Positions 55,619 through 64,000 of a stretch of 64,000 bases of DNA are shown piece after piece (the stretch's first letter is position 1; every line of letters begins with the position of its first letter). Source of the DNA: a virus. The notes beneath the pieces are model-generated. The model did not search any database. It was not told the DNA's origin and saw only the letters and a program-made list of their open reading frames with translations. The DNA is taken from IMG/VR virus record IMGVR_UViG_3300028043_000001, positions 1-64,000 of that record; one strand, given 5' to 3'. The translations under genes and the position numbers were made by a program.

Positions 55619-55876
55619 GTGACATTGAAAGATGAGTGGTGGAAACTTATTCTTTCGATAGCTGGTGCGGCAATTTTATTCCTACTCCATCAGAATCAAC
55701 AGTTTCTTGAGAAGGAGTTGGATCGAAATAAAGTCCAAAACTCAGCTCAATGGCGGACCTCCGCTGAAGTAGAGAGAAGTCTGGTTCGGGAAATTGCAGC
55801 TTTAAAGGAAAAAGTTGCCTTTATTGATGGCTACCACGCAGGCCTTCGAGAGAGTAAAGTAACAACAAAGAAGTAG
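55619..55876 (+). CDS. TM plus coiled-coil protein (holin-like)
   Basis: WWKLILSIAGAAILFLL then heptads. Confidence 0.45.
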   Translation: MTLKDEWWKLILSIAGAAILFLLHQNQQFLEKELDRNKVQNSAQWRTSAEVERSLVREIAALKEKVAFIDGYHAGLRESKVTTKK

Positions 55877-55880
55877 ATTT

Positions 55881-56072
55881 ATGACACCTATAACTGAGCT
55901 TCCCTTCAAGCCGCATGGCTGGTGGCGACGAGTTTGGCAAACGCTGCTAGTCTTTTTCGGATTGGCGAGCCTTGCAACTGGAGGCCTCCTAAAATATCGT
56001 AGGCGCCCGTTGCTGATTTTCACTGCAGCTGTCGTCGCAGGTGCAGTTTTAGTTTGGTGGGTATGGGAATAA
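55881..56072 (+). CDS. small 2-TM membrane protein
   Basis: two hydrophobic helices separated by basic loop. Confidence 0.5.
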   Translation: MTPITELPFKPHGWWRRVWQTLLVFFGLASLATGGLLKYRRRPLLIFTAAVVAGAVLVWWVWE

Positions 56073-56449
56073 TTGAGTATCTTATATTGTTGTGGGAAAG
56101 ACGTAGACTCAGAAAGATAGTCGAGCAGTTGCATCGGAGGCGAGATTATGAAAAAAGGGAGGCATCGACGGTGACCACGGTAAAAACCAAAAATGAGAGA
56201 GCTGAGGCTATGGCGTTTTTACTATCAGCGCGTGGCAACTTCATTGTCTCACAAGCGCTGGTGCTAGCAATAAGGACAATCAAGTCCCGACCAAAAACTT
56301 TTCAAGAACCCTCAAACGTGGCAGATATGGAATATCTGCTAGACACCCTATTCCCGATCTATAAAGCTGTTGAAGCTTCACAACATGTGGCTAACAAGCA
56401 TCACCCCCTTACCGACGAAACGCTCGCTAAAATTTACAATGAAGAGTAG
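56054..56449 (+). CDS. hypothetical protein
   Basis: 131 aa ORF; true start may be internal. Confidence 0.5.
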   Translation: MVGMGIIEYLILLWERRRLRKIVEQLHRRRDYEKREASTVTTVKTKNERAEAMAFLLSARGNFIVSQALVLAIRTIKSRPKTFQEPSNVADMEYLLDTLFPIYKAVEASQHVANKHHPLTDETLAKIYNEE

Positions 56450-56505
56450 GGCCTTTTTTCCAACTCTTCCAAATCGAACAAGGTATTCAACGAAGGGTAG
56501 ATAAA

Positions 56506-56820
56506 ATGGGTTTTTGGGATTGGCTTTTTGGCTCATCGGAAACCCTGGACCGAATCGAGGACAGGGTTACCCATATTCAACAACAAATTCAACTTTTGGA
56601 GGAAAGGCAGATGTTGGAGTTCGAAGCACTAAAAGCGGCAGTGGCGGAGCAGACCACGGTAATCAACAGCGCAATCGTCCTTTTGAACGAGCTCGAGGAT
56701 CGTCTCGAGGCAATGAAGGACGCCCCAACCCCGCAGGATGTCCAAAATCTCTTGGATACGGTGATAGCCGACAAAGAGGCTCTTGCGGCAGCTGTCGCAG
56801 AGAACACCCCTGGCGCCTAA
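56506..56820 (+). CDS. conserved phage coiled-coil protein
   Basis: LKAAVAEQTTVINSAIVLL..LAAAVAENTP. Confidence 0.65.
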   Translation: MGFWDWLFGSSETLDRIEDRVTHIQQQIQLLEERQMLEFEALKAAVAEQTTVINSAIVLLNELEDRLEAMKDAPTPQDVQNLLDTVIADKEALAAAVAENTPGA

Positions 56821-56828
56821 TCTTAAAT

Positions 56829-56860
56829 AAGGGAGGATCTCCGGATCCTCCCTTCATTTA
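56829..56860 (+). terminator. probable intrinsic terminator
   Basis: aagggaggatc-tccg-gatcctccctt 11-bp stem, followed by cattta. Confidence 0.6.
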
Positions 56861-56875
56861 AAGGGTTAAGCTAAG

Positions 56876-57544
56876 TTGGAAGAATTTGGCATCGTTGTAC
56901 TCACCTTTAACCGCCTTGAGCGTCTACAGTCGTGTTTAGACCACATCTTCTCACGCACAAAAGCCTCCTTTAAACTTTACGTAGTCGATAATTACTCAAC
57001 TGATGGCACACAAGAGTATCTCGAGGGTTTCAGTGCCAACCAAAAGCTCGTCTATATTAGGATGGATTCGAATGTTGGGGTCTTAGCTCGAAACGTAGCG
57101 TTTCGTCAAATTACTGCACCCTTTATTGCCCAGATCGATGATGACGTTACTGTTGACCCTGATTGGGACTCAAAATGCTTGCAGTTAATGAACAGCGATT
57201 CCCAAATCGGTTTGATTTGTCATCAAGGAGCCCGTATCAAGGAGTGGCCCCATTTTGAGGTCCAGCATGAAGATTGCTTTGTTGATTGCGCTACCGGGTT
57301 TTTTATGTGCTTCAGAAACGTTGGCCTGTTGTTTGATGAGAACATTGAAAGATTTTGGTGTGAGGATCTAGACTTATCACTACAATTTAAAGAAAAGGGT
57401 TACCGCATTTTTTGCACACCAACGTTGTGTAGCCATGCAAGTGCCCGTGATATCCCTATCGACCTGGATCTTTATAATAGGAACCATGATTACGTTTTTA
57501 AAAAGTGGGCTTCAAGATTAGCAAGCCTGGGGCTCGAGGCTTAG
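56876..57544 (+). CDS. GT2 glycosyltransferase
   Basis: VVLTFNR, VDNYSTDGT, IDDD, EDLD. Confidence 0.9.
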   Translation: MEEFGIVVLTFNRLERLQSCLDHIFSRTKASFKLYVVDNYSTDGTQEYLEGFSANQKLVYIRMDSNVGVLARNVAFRQITAPFIAQIDDDVTVDPDWDSKCLQLMNSDSQIGLICHQGARIKEWPHFEVQHEDCFVDCATGFFMCFRNVGLLFDENIERFWCEDLDLSLQFKEKGYRIFCTPTLCSHASARDIPIDLDLYNRNHDYVFKKWASRLASLGLEA

Positions 57545-57822
57545 ACGTGTTTAACTTTTTTGTGCTTGTAAACCAGCAGTCCGAGGCTCTCAAAACCATC
57601 GTAGACTCCCTGCTAACGTTTGGGGTGAGGTGCTCTGAGCTTCCTCGGGTGTGGGTATGGGACTTATTGCACTCAACTCCCCACACACGAATTCTAACCT
57701 TCGGTGCAAGACGCACGAAGCTTCCCGAACGTACTCCCCTTGAGTTCGTCGATGACGAAGGAAGAAGGTGGAAAGTGGGGCCCGTAATTTCACAAAAAAG
57801 ACATGGAATACAGCAATCTTAA
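57505..57822 (+). CDS. hypothetical protein
   Basis: ORF filling gap in GT cluster; start uncertain. Confidence 0.45.
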   Translation: MGFKISKPGARGLDVFNFFVLVNQQSEALKTIVDSLLTFGVRCSELPRVWVWDLLHSTPHTRILTFGARRTKLPERTPLEFVDDEGRRWKVGPVISQKRHGIQQS

Positions 57823-58381
57823 GGCGGTTGAAAATATTTTTGGTTGGCTTGAACCTTTAGAGGGTGAGTGTCTTTACCGTTTAGCTCAGGAATGTTCAAA
57901 GGGAGTGATTGTTGAGGTAGGTTCCTTTAAAGGGAGGTCAACTGCATGTCTTGGTTTAGGCTCCCTTGCCGGGTTTAAAGTTAAAATTTATGCGGTAGAT
58001 CATTTCCAGCCCTACTTCGACGTGATCTTGCAAACTGTTTTTGACTACACTCTTGAAGAATTTTGTACTAACATGCACAGCTTGGGTCTTGGAGAAATTG
58101 TTATTCCAATTGTAGCTTCGTCAAAAGAAGCTTTTAAAACCTTCGAGCACGACATCGGGGTTCTGTTTATAGACGCGTGCCACAACTTTGACGAAGTTAC
58201 ACATGATATAGTCTCCTGGTCGACAAAGTTACTTCCAGGCGGAATTATTGCTGTACATGACTGCGCGCCTGGAGGGAATTGGGTTGAGCCTCAACGTGCT
58301 TTTAATCAACTTGTAAAAGAGTCCCCGCAGTTCCAGTTTCTTGGATTTGTGGGTTCAATTGGAGTGGCAAGAAAAAAATGA
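57803..58381 (+). CDS. Methyltransf_24-type SAM methyltransferase
   Basis: GWL..VEVGSFKGRST..LFIDACH..GGIIAVHD. Confidence 0.88.
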   Translation: MEYSNLKAVENIFGWLEPLEGECLYRLAQECSKGVIVEVGSFKGRSTACLGLGSLAGFKVKIYAVDHFQPYFDVILQTVFDYTLEEFCTNMHSLGLGEIVIPIVASSKEAFKTFEHDIGVLFIDACHNFDEVTHDIVSWSTKLLPGGIIAVHDCAPGGNWVEPQRAFNQLVKESPQFQFLGFVGSIGVARKK

Positions 58382-59064
58382 ATCCAGCTTTTAAAGAGGA
58401 GTTTGAGTATTGGGAGGAATGGCTCAAAACGCGGGGAAAATGTCAGGATTTGTTTCCTCACGAGTATGAGGAGCGCCTCGATCCTTACCTTCCCCTCCAA
58501 TTTGAGATTGAAAAGCTTCTCCCGAGGGAATCACGAGTTGCACGCATTCTCGACGTAGGATCTGGTCCGCTAACACACGTTGGTAAATTTCATCCAAATA
58601 TTACTCTTGAGGTGGTTGCACTTGATGCACTTGCAGATGAGTACAATCAGCTCCTAGAGACTTGCGGTGTTATTCCTCCGATAATGGTGGTTAAAGGAGA
58701 TGCCGAAAAACTGCTCTCCTATTTTAACCCCGACTTTTTCGATGTTGTGTGTTTTCGTAATAGTTTTGATCACTGCCCTCGACCTTTGCCTTCCTTCGTT
58801 GCAGCCCTTTCAGTAGCTAAAACGGGGGGCTATGTGTTCTTACAGCATGAGGAGTTTGAAGGACAAAAAGCTGAGTATACCGGCTTGCACCAGTGGGATT
58901 TATACTCACGCGACGGCAGTTTTTTTGTTAGTGATAAAGTGGGTAACACTTTTAATTTCTCATTACTATTTCAGGGCGTGGCTCAGCTCGAGTGCTCGTA
59001 TGATGTTTTTGGGTGGTTGGTAGTAACGGCAAAGAAAATCGTTACGGGAGTTGTTAATGTATAG
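58378..59064 (+). CDS. class I SAM-dependent methyltransferase
   Basis: ILDVGSGP..FDVVCFRNSFDH..GGYV. Confidence 0.82.
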   Translation: MNPAFKEEFEYWEEWLKTRGKCQDLFPHEYEERLDPYLPLQFEIEKLLPRESRVARILDVGSGPLTHVGKFHPNITLEVVALDALADEYNQLLETCGVIPPIMVVKGDAEKLLSYFNPDFFDVVCFRNSFDHCPRPLPSFVAALSVAKTGGYVFLQHEEFEGQKAEYTGLHQWDLYSRDGSFFVSDKVGNTFNFSLLFQGVAQLECSYDVFGWLVVTAKKIVTGVVNV

Positions 59065-60256
59065 ACATCCAATTGGTAAACTTAGTAAAGGGGCAGTTCT
59101 TGATATAGGTTTGAAGTGTCCCCACAGTTGTGCCTTCTGTTACTATTCATATTTGAATGGTGAAGATGAGCAGTTTTACGGCATCCGTCACTCATCTTTT
59201 CGCACTCCCCAAGAATGCACCGCAATTTTAGACCTCCTCAAGCAATCAAAGTTTCTTAACTTTGATATCACTGGTGGCGAACCAGTAGTCCATCCAGGTA
59301 TTGTTGAGATTGTTCAACATTCGACCGAGCTCAGCCTAGCATCTCGCCTGATTACTCTAGGCCAGTTTTTGTTTGTTGATAATTTAATTGATAGGTTATT
59401 AGACGCAGGATTAACAAATTTCCTTTTCTCTGTCCACTCTCCCAATAACAAGACTGCTCAAAGTTTGACGGGCGCAAAGCTAACCAAAATTTTAGAGGCT
59501 TTTGACTTCCTGGACGCCCTTGATTTTTCTTACTGCACAAACACCGTTATTACTGATTTCAATTTTAAAGACTTGCCTGCCCTCGCTTCCTTATTTACCC
59601 AGCACAACGTTTACCACTCCAGCTTCATTTACATGAATCCCCACTACGGCTGGCAAGATCTGTCAAGAACGGATACCCTCTTTAAGTTGCTCGCGAGACA
59701 CTCCGATATTCAACCATTTATAGTTGAGGCGGTGCAGATCTTGGAAGCCAGCAAGATCGCGGTCAACTTAAGATATGCTCCAATGTGTACTGTGAAAGGT
59801 GTAGAGAAGAATATGGTCGGCGTTGTAGGAGTACGCTACGACCCCTACGAGTGGATGAATCAAGGTGGACATCTTGGTGGAGACCCAACCTCTTGCGCAA
59901 CCCCTAACAGGATCGTAGAAGGTGATGTGGAGCCTAATTTCCGCCTGGAGCGGTTTTCTGCCCCTATTCAATTCCTTGACTTTGCAGTTATTGGTAGACG
60001 CAGTGATTTAAGGTATTTTCCTTTACAATGTGGTGAATGTGGTATGATCGAAGTATGTGATGGCGTCCATGGTCGTTATTTGCAAAAGTTTGGTGCAGCA
60101 GAATTTTCCCCCTTTCCCGAGAGGGAATTAGGCTTTCCCATTCATGCAGCGAGGGCACAATATTTACCTCCCTTCATTGTTAAAACCGAGCAATTTGAGA
60201 ACATGAAGGCACTTCTGACCGCGGAGTTCGACGAGTGTACCCTAGAGTCTCCGTAA
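59057..60256 (+). CDS. radical SAM enzyme with C-terminal Cys cluster
   Basis: CPHSCAFC, ITGGEP, CGEC..C.G. Confidence 0.88.
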   Translation: MYRHPIGKLSKGAVLDIGLKCPHSCAFCYYSYLNGEDEQFYGIRHSSFRTPQECTAILDLLKQSKFLNFDITGGEPVVHPGIVEIVQHSTELSLASRLITLGQFLFVDNLIDRLLDAGLTNFLFSVHSPNNKTAQSLTGAKLTKILEAFDFLDALDFSYCTNTVITDFNFKDLPALASLFTQHNVYHSSFIYMNPHYGWQDLSRTDTLFKLLARHSDIQPFIVEAVQILEASKIAVNLRYAPMCTVKGVEKNMVGVVGVRYDPYEWMNQGGHLGGDPTSCATPNRIVEGDVEPNFRLERFSAPIQFLDFAVIGRRSDLRYFPLQCGECGMIEVCDGVHGRYLQKFGAAEFSPFPERELGFPIHAARAQYLPPFIVKTEQFENMKALLTAEFDECTLESP

Positions 60257-61719
60257 TTATTCCATGCTTTAACTACGGATTGTTTCTCACTAACGCAATT
60301 CAGAGTGCCCTGTTGCAAACTTTGCCAAACTTTGAGGTCATTGTGGTTAACGATGGCAGCACTGACAACTCCTTAGAAGTAGCTCAGGGTTTTGAGTCAG
60401 ACGCTCGTGTCAAGGTAGTGGACCAACCAAATAGTGGCACGCCTGCTATTTCCCGAAACAGGGGCGCTCTTCATGCACAAGGTGATTATTTCGTTTTCCT
60501 CGATGCGGACGATATCCTTGAACCCGATGCTCTGAGAGAGTGGTCTACTTTCCTCAATCAACACCCCGAAATTTCTTTGGTCTACTCTGATCGCTTTGAC
60601 TTGCACAGCGATGGCTCAAAACACTACATCCATTTTCTGGATTGGAATACTGAGCGACTCAAAATTCCCCTCAACTTGTTTTCATATTGTAACATGATGC
60701 GTCGCAGTTTGTGGGAGGCGATCGGGGGTTTCCGTACAAACGTTCATGGGGTTGAGGATTGGGATGCCTGGGTAGCAATGGTCTCTCGAGGGCTTGTCGG
60801 ATATAGAATTCCGAAGCCGTTATTTACTTATCGAGTAAAAGAGGTAGGGGTTTTTCAGGATGTTGTACGTAATGAAGAGTTAAAAAAAGCACTCGTTATT
60901 GTGAATAACGCCGAGTTGTTTTCGGAAGAGGGCATCAAAGCTGCCAAAAACGTAATACCGAGAAACGTTGTGCAGCCCCTTGTTTCAATAATTATTACGA
61001 CCTTCAATAGACCTGAGCTAGTAAAAAGAGCAATTTGTAGTGCTCTCACTCAGACATACCGGAACATCGAAGTTATCGTTGTAAATGATGCGGGGTGTGA
61101 CATTAGCCCCCTAATTGAGTCTATCAATCGGAGTAATTTAAAATATATTACTCACGAGACTAACATTGGAATATTATCGGTTACGCGTAATAGTGGAATT
61201 GCCCAGGCCAAAGGTAAGTACATTGGGTTTCTCGACGACGATGACTTCCTGTATCCCCACCACGTAGAGTTTTTAGTGGAAGCTTTAGAAGCAGACTCCT
61301 CTCTTGGAGCTGCTTATTCGGACGGTATTTTTAGTGAGGTTGATTTTGTGAACAACATTCCCGTTATTAGAAACCAGTTTCGCACCCAGCATATCGATTG
61401 GCGGTCGAATATCTTTTTCGAAAATAATATAAGCCCCGTGACTGCATTTTTAGTTAGGAGAGAAGTTCTCGACGAAGTGGGCCTTTTTGATCCTCGACTA
61501 GGCATCAACGAGGATTGGGAACTTTGGATCCGTATCGAAAAGAACTTTCCCTTCAAGAGAGTCCCCAGAACTACCTTTGAAGTGGTTATTCCTGTTGAAA
61601 GTTGGAATTCCCCTACACGTAAACTTGTCCGCGAAAAGTTTTTACTGGGGGCAGCTCAAATCTTTAGGGAGGAGCATGGTAAGGATTTGGAGTATGTTTT
61701 AAAAATGTATGGTATGTAG
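60235..61719 (+). CDS. tandem GT2-GT2 glycosyltransferase
   Basis: two repeats of VSxII..FN / VVNDG / FLDxDD / EDW. Confidence 0.92.
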   Translation: MYPRVSVIIPCFNYGLFLTNAIQSALLQTLPNFEVIVVNDGSTDNSLEVAQGFESDARVKVVDQPNSGTPAISRNRGALHAQGDYFVFLDADDILEPDALREWSTFLNQHPEISLVYSDRFDLHSDGSKHYIHFLDWNTERLKIPLNLFSYCNMMRRSLWEAIGGFRTNVHGVEDWDAWVAMVSRGLVGYRIPKPLFTYRVKEVGVFQDVVRNEELKKALVIVNNAELFSEEGIKAAKNVIPRNVVQPLVSIIITTFNRPELVKRAICSALTQTYRNIEVIVVNDAGCDISPLIESINRSNLKYITHETNIGILSVTRNSGIAQAKGKYIGFLDDDDFLYPHHVEFLVEALEADSSLGAAYSDGIFSEVDFVNNIPVIRNQFRTQHIDWRSNIFFENNISPVTAFLVRREVLDEVGLFDPRLGINEDWELWIRIEKNFPFKRVPRTTFEVVIPVESWNSPTRKLVREKFLLGAAQIFREEHGKDLEYVLKMYGM

Positions 61720-61730
61720 GTAGAAGTTTA

Positions 61731-62279
61731 ATGACTCCTCAAGAGGTATGGCAAGTATACTGTGGTAAGCAGCCCGTGATTGATATTGGGTGTGGATGGC
61801 ACATAGTATTTAGTTTCGATTATGTCAGATTCGACAAAGCAAGTCAGATATTGAGTCAAAAAACATGTGTTAATCACTACGGCGATTTTCATGACATGTC
61901 CAACTTCGCAGACAACACGTTTGCTTTTGTCAACGCAACGCATGTTATTGAACACGCCGAATTTCCTGAAAGGGCCTTGAGCGAGTGGCTACGTATCTTA
62001 CAAGCCGGCGGCGTGATCAATTTGACGTGGCCCGACTTAGATGTAGGGGATCGAGGCAAGATTGAGGAGTTAAAGAAAGCAGTGGATAGAGGAGACTTAG
62101 AGACATACCGAGCATTGGGAGGCGACTTAGCTTGGGTTTCTTTAGATAAAGATGGCAAGAAAATGTTAGATGTCCACTACAACAGAATTACTTTAAATGA
62201 CATGAAAAAATATTTAGGTGAAAAGGTTGTGGTACTCGCTGAGGGTATTGAATTTCTAATTGCAAGGAAGGTTTATTAA
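61731..62279 (+). CDS. class I SAM-dependent methyltransferase
   Basis: IDIGCG..HVIEH..EWLRILQAGG..WPD. Confidence 0.8.
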   Translation: MTPQEVWQVYCGKQPVIDIGCGWHIVFSFDYVRFDKASQILSQKTCVNHYGDFHDMSNFADNTFAFVNATHVIEHAEFPERALSEWLRILQAGGVINLTWPDLDVGDRGKIEELKKAVDRGDLETYRALGGDLAWVSLDKDGKKMLDVHYNRITLNDMKKYLGEKVVVLAEGIEFLIARKVY

Positions 62280-62306
62280 CTTTATGTCTTTAGGAGTGAA
62301 CAAAAT

Positions 62307-63257
62307 ATAAGACCGCTTAAAATTTTTGGTGTTGCAGCAAACCACCGAAAGTATGGTGGTAAGGGGGGTGTTGAAAAATTCCACCACCACTTAAAAGAGG
62401 CTATAAATGCCGAGCCTCTTTTACCGCAAGAAGTTGTTGGTGCTCTCGAAAGATTTTCGGCCGAGAGTTTGCTTTTCGTAGTTGACGGTGGGCACGGCAT
62501 TGACATTCCTCACTACATTCCTTTAATTTCTGTTTGTCATGGAACTTGGGTTGCTTTGTGGGCAAGGGCAGACTGGCAGCCTGAACATCTTGGTTTTGAC
62601 GAAGAATGTTATGAACCTTCTCAACTACAAATGTACGGCAGGCGCGGTCAACCTGGAAGGCCAAACATGCTCCCCGTCGCAGTTTCCGCCGGCGCAAAGA
62701 GGGAGCTCGTTATGTATCATAATCGCCACGACGCGGTTACGATTTGCAATGGCGTTAGCACTCGAGAATTCTGCCCACTTCCTAAGCATACCGACAGGGC
62801 CCGGCCGATCATAATTCACGCCGCGGCAGATTGGCGGAAAGGGATTTATATTATTCCCAAACTCCAGGAGAGGTTGCCTCATTTTGATTTCCAATATTTG
62901 AATGCTGAAATTGGAGAAGAACCCGCAAAGTTTGCACGAGGTGACATGTTTGTGCACATCTCGTGCTCTGAAGGTAACGCTTATGCATGTCTCGAGGCGA
63001 TGAGCTGCAATTTGCCAATGGTGGTGACAAATGTCGGTCTATTTGAAAGTGACGTTGATAGTTCTATTGTTGGTCGTGTTATACCGTATGTATCAACAGT
63101 TGAGGAAATCTGTCAAGCAATTGAGGAAGTGTGGGAAACCAGAGAAAAATTCAATCCCCGAGAATGGATTTTAAGCAATGCCACATTCGAGCATTTTAGA
63201 GATAATTGGCATAGTTTAATTGAAAATCTCGAACAACTTGGATTAAAAAGGAATTAG
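62307..63257 (+). CDS. GT4 glycosyltransferase, probable non-canonical ATA start
   Basis: frame open from 62280: RPLKIF..GGVEKF N-terminal motif, CHG, AVS, NGV, EGNAYACLEAMSCNLP; SD aggag at 62292. Confidence 0.8.
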   Translation: MRPLKIFGVAANHRKYGGKGGVEKFHHHLKEAINAEPLLPQEVVGALERFSAESLLFVVDGGHGIDIPHYIPLISVCHGTWVALWARADWQPEHLGFDEECYEPSQLQMYGRRGQPGRPNMLPVAVSAGAKRELVMYHNRHDAVTICNGVSTREFCPLPKHTDRARPIIIHAAADWRKGIYIIPKLQERLPHFDFQYLNAEIGEEPAKFARGDMFVHISCSEGNAYACLEAMSCNLPMVVTNVGLFESDVDSSIVGRVIPYVSTVEEICQAIEEVWETREKFNPREWILSNATFEHFRDNWHSLIENLEQLGLKRN

Positions 63258-63261
63258 GAAA

Positions 63262-63924
63262 ATGGTATTTGTAGCAGATGGATTGGCGGCTAAAAGTATT
63301 CGTGCTATTTTTCATGGCTACCGTCCTTTTAAAATTGTTGAAACTGGTACTTTTCTTGGTCTTGGATCTACCCGAATTATAGCTGAGGCTATAAGAGATT
63401 ACAGCATCAACGCGCAATTTTACTCAATAGAGTGTAATCCCTCTTTCTTTAACGGAGCCACTAACAACTTGAAATCTTTGGGGTTAAGCATTTTTGTTGA
63501 ACTAATTAATGGGTTATCAGTTCCCCATTCTAGGTTACTCCCGCGCGAGGAAATCGTTGAGTGGCTCTCAAAACAACCCGCTGACTTATTTGACGACCTG
63601 CAAAGAGAAAGAAAGGCAGTTAACTACGTTGAAGAGACTTCATTTAATGTTCCTGACGACCAGCTCCGAGTTGTCCTAGAGAAGTTTAATTTTCGCCCCG
63701 ACTTCGTTTTACTAGACAGTGCAGGCTATTTAGGAAACGTTGAGTTTAACTACCTTCTAAGTTTATTAAAAGGTCCCACCTTTATAGTTTTAGATGATGC
63801 TATGCACCACGTAAAACATTTTGAAAATTGGCAGTTCATGTTGAATAATCCCAAACAGTTTAAACAAATGTTTACCGTTGACGAACGCTATGGTGTCGTT
63901 GGCTTCCACTACAATCCTGACTAA
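63262..63924 (+). CDS. SAM-methyltransferase-fold protein
   Basis: IVETGTFLGLGST..YSIE..VLLDS..VLDD. Confidence 0.7.
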   Translation: MVFVADGLAAKSIRAIFHGYRPFKIVETGTFLGLGSTRIIAEAIRDYSINAQFYSIECNPSFFNGATNNLKSLGLSIFVELINGLSVPHSRLLPREEIVEWLSKQPADLFDDLQRERKAVNYVEETSFNVPDDQLRVVLEKFNFRPDFVLLDSAGYLGNVEFNYLLSLLKGPTFIVLDDAMHHVKHFENWQFMLNNPKQFKQMFTVDERYGVVGFHYNPD

Positions 63925-64000
63925 AAAAATTTTCTTCCCTCAAGGACCTGGAATTGAGATTTTTTGGGGTTAACAAAATTTGGAGTTGAAAAATTTTTGA

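Noticed and set aside
526-63417. Most minus-strand and alternative-frame ORFs in the track
   Set aside because: They are shadows of well-supported + strand genes, lacking SDs and recognisable motifs
1-64000. tRNA genes and stop-codon reassignment
   Set aside because: GGTTCGA-like hits fall inside CDSs with no cloverleaf; long genes are intact in code 11 and TAG/TGA end genes normally

Overview
The window is a 64-kb piece of a large, lytic-looking dsDNA bacteriophage genome. Nearly all genes are tightly packed on the + strand, and no capsid, terminase, integrase, rRNA, tRNA or CRISPR array was seen. The host is probably Gram-negative, since the phage encodes an outer-membrane beta-barrel and lipoproteins; a Desulfobacterota-like host is a weaker inference. 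The left ~35 kb is accessory: a ClpB C-terminus, many small Cys-rich proteins, an M15 peptidase, a 3D-domain protein, QueE, vWA, a sigma factor and a large beta-helix protein. It also holds a complete, translationally coupled ubiquitin-like conjugation operon (E2-like, JAB, E1/ThiF, Ubl ending in GG; 6869-9465) and a second Gly-Gly-terminated small protein with a Cys-His partner (22373-23227). The 35-54 kb block is replication/recombination (SF2 helicase, DnaB, primase, UDG-PolA fusion, resolvase, SbcD/SbcC) interleaved with 7-deazaguanine DNA-modification genes: a DpdA/TGT-like protein, QueD, and FolE2 fused to a degenerate LAGLIDADG domain. The right end is a glycosyltransferase/methyltransferase/radical-SAM cluster. 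Non-coding highlights are a perfect 42-bp palindrome, a riboswitch-like leader with an anti-SD switch, a palindromic sigma-gene promoter and a duplicated 35-bp promoter. All family calls come from motif recognition by eye; no searches were run.
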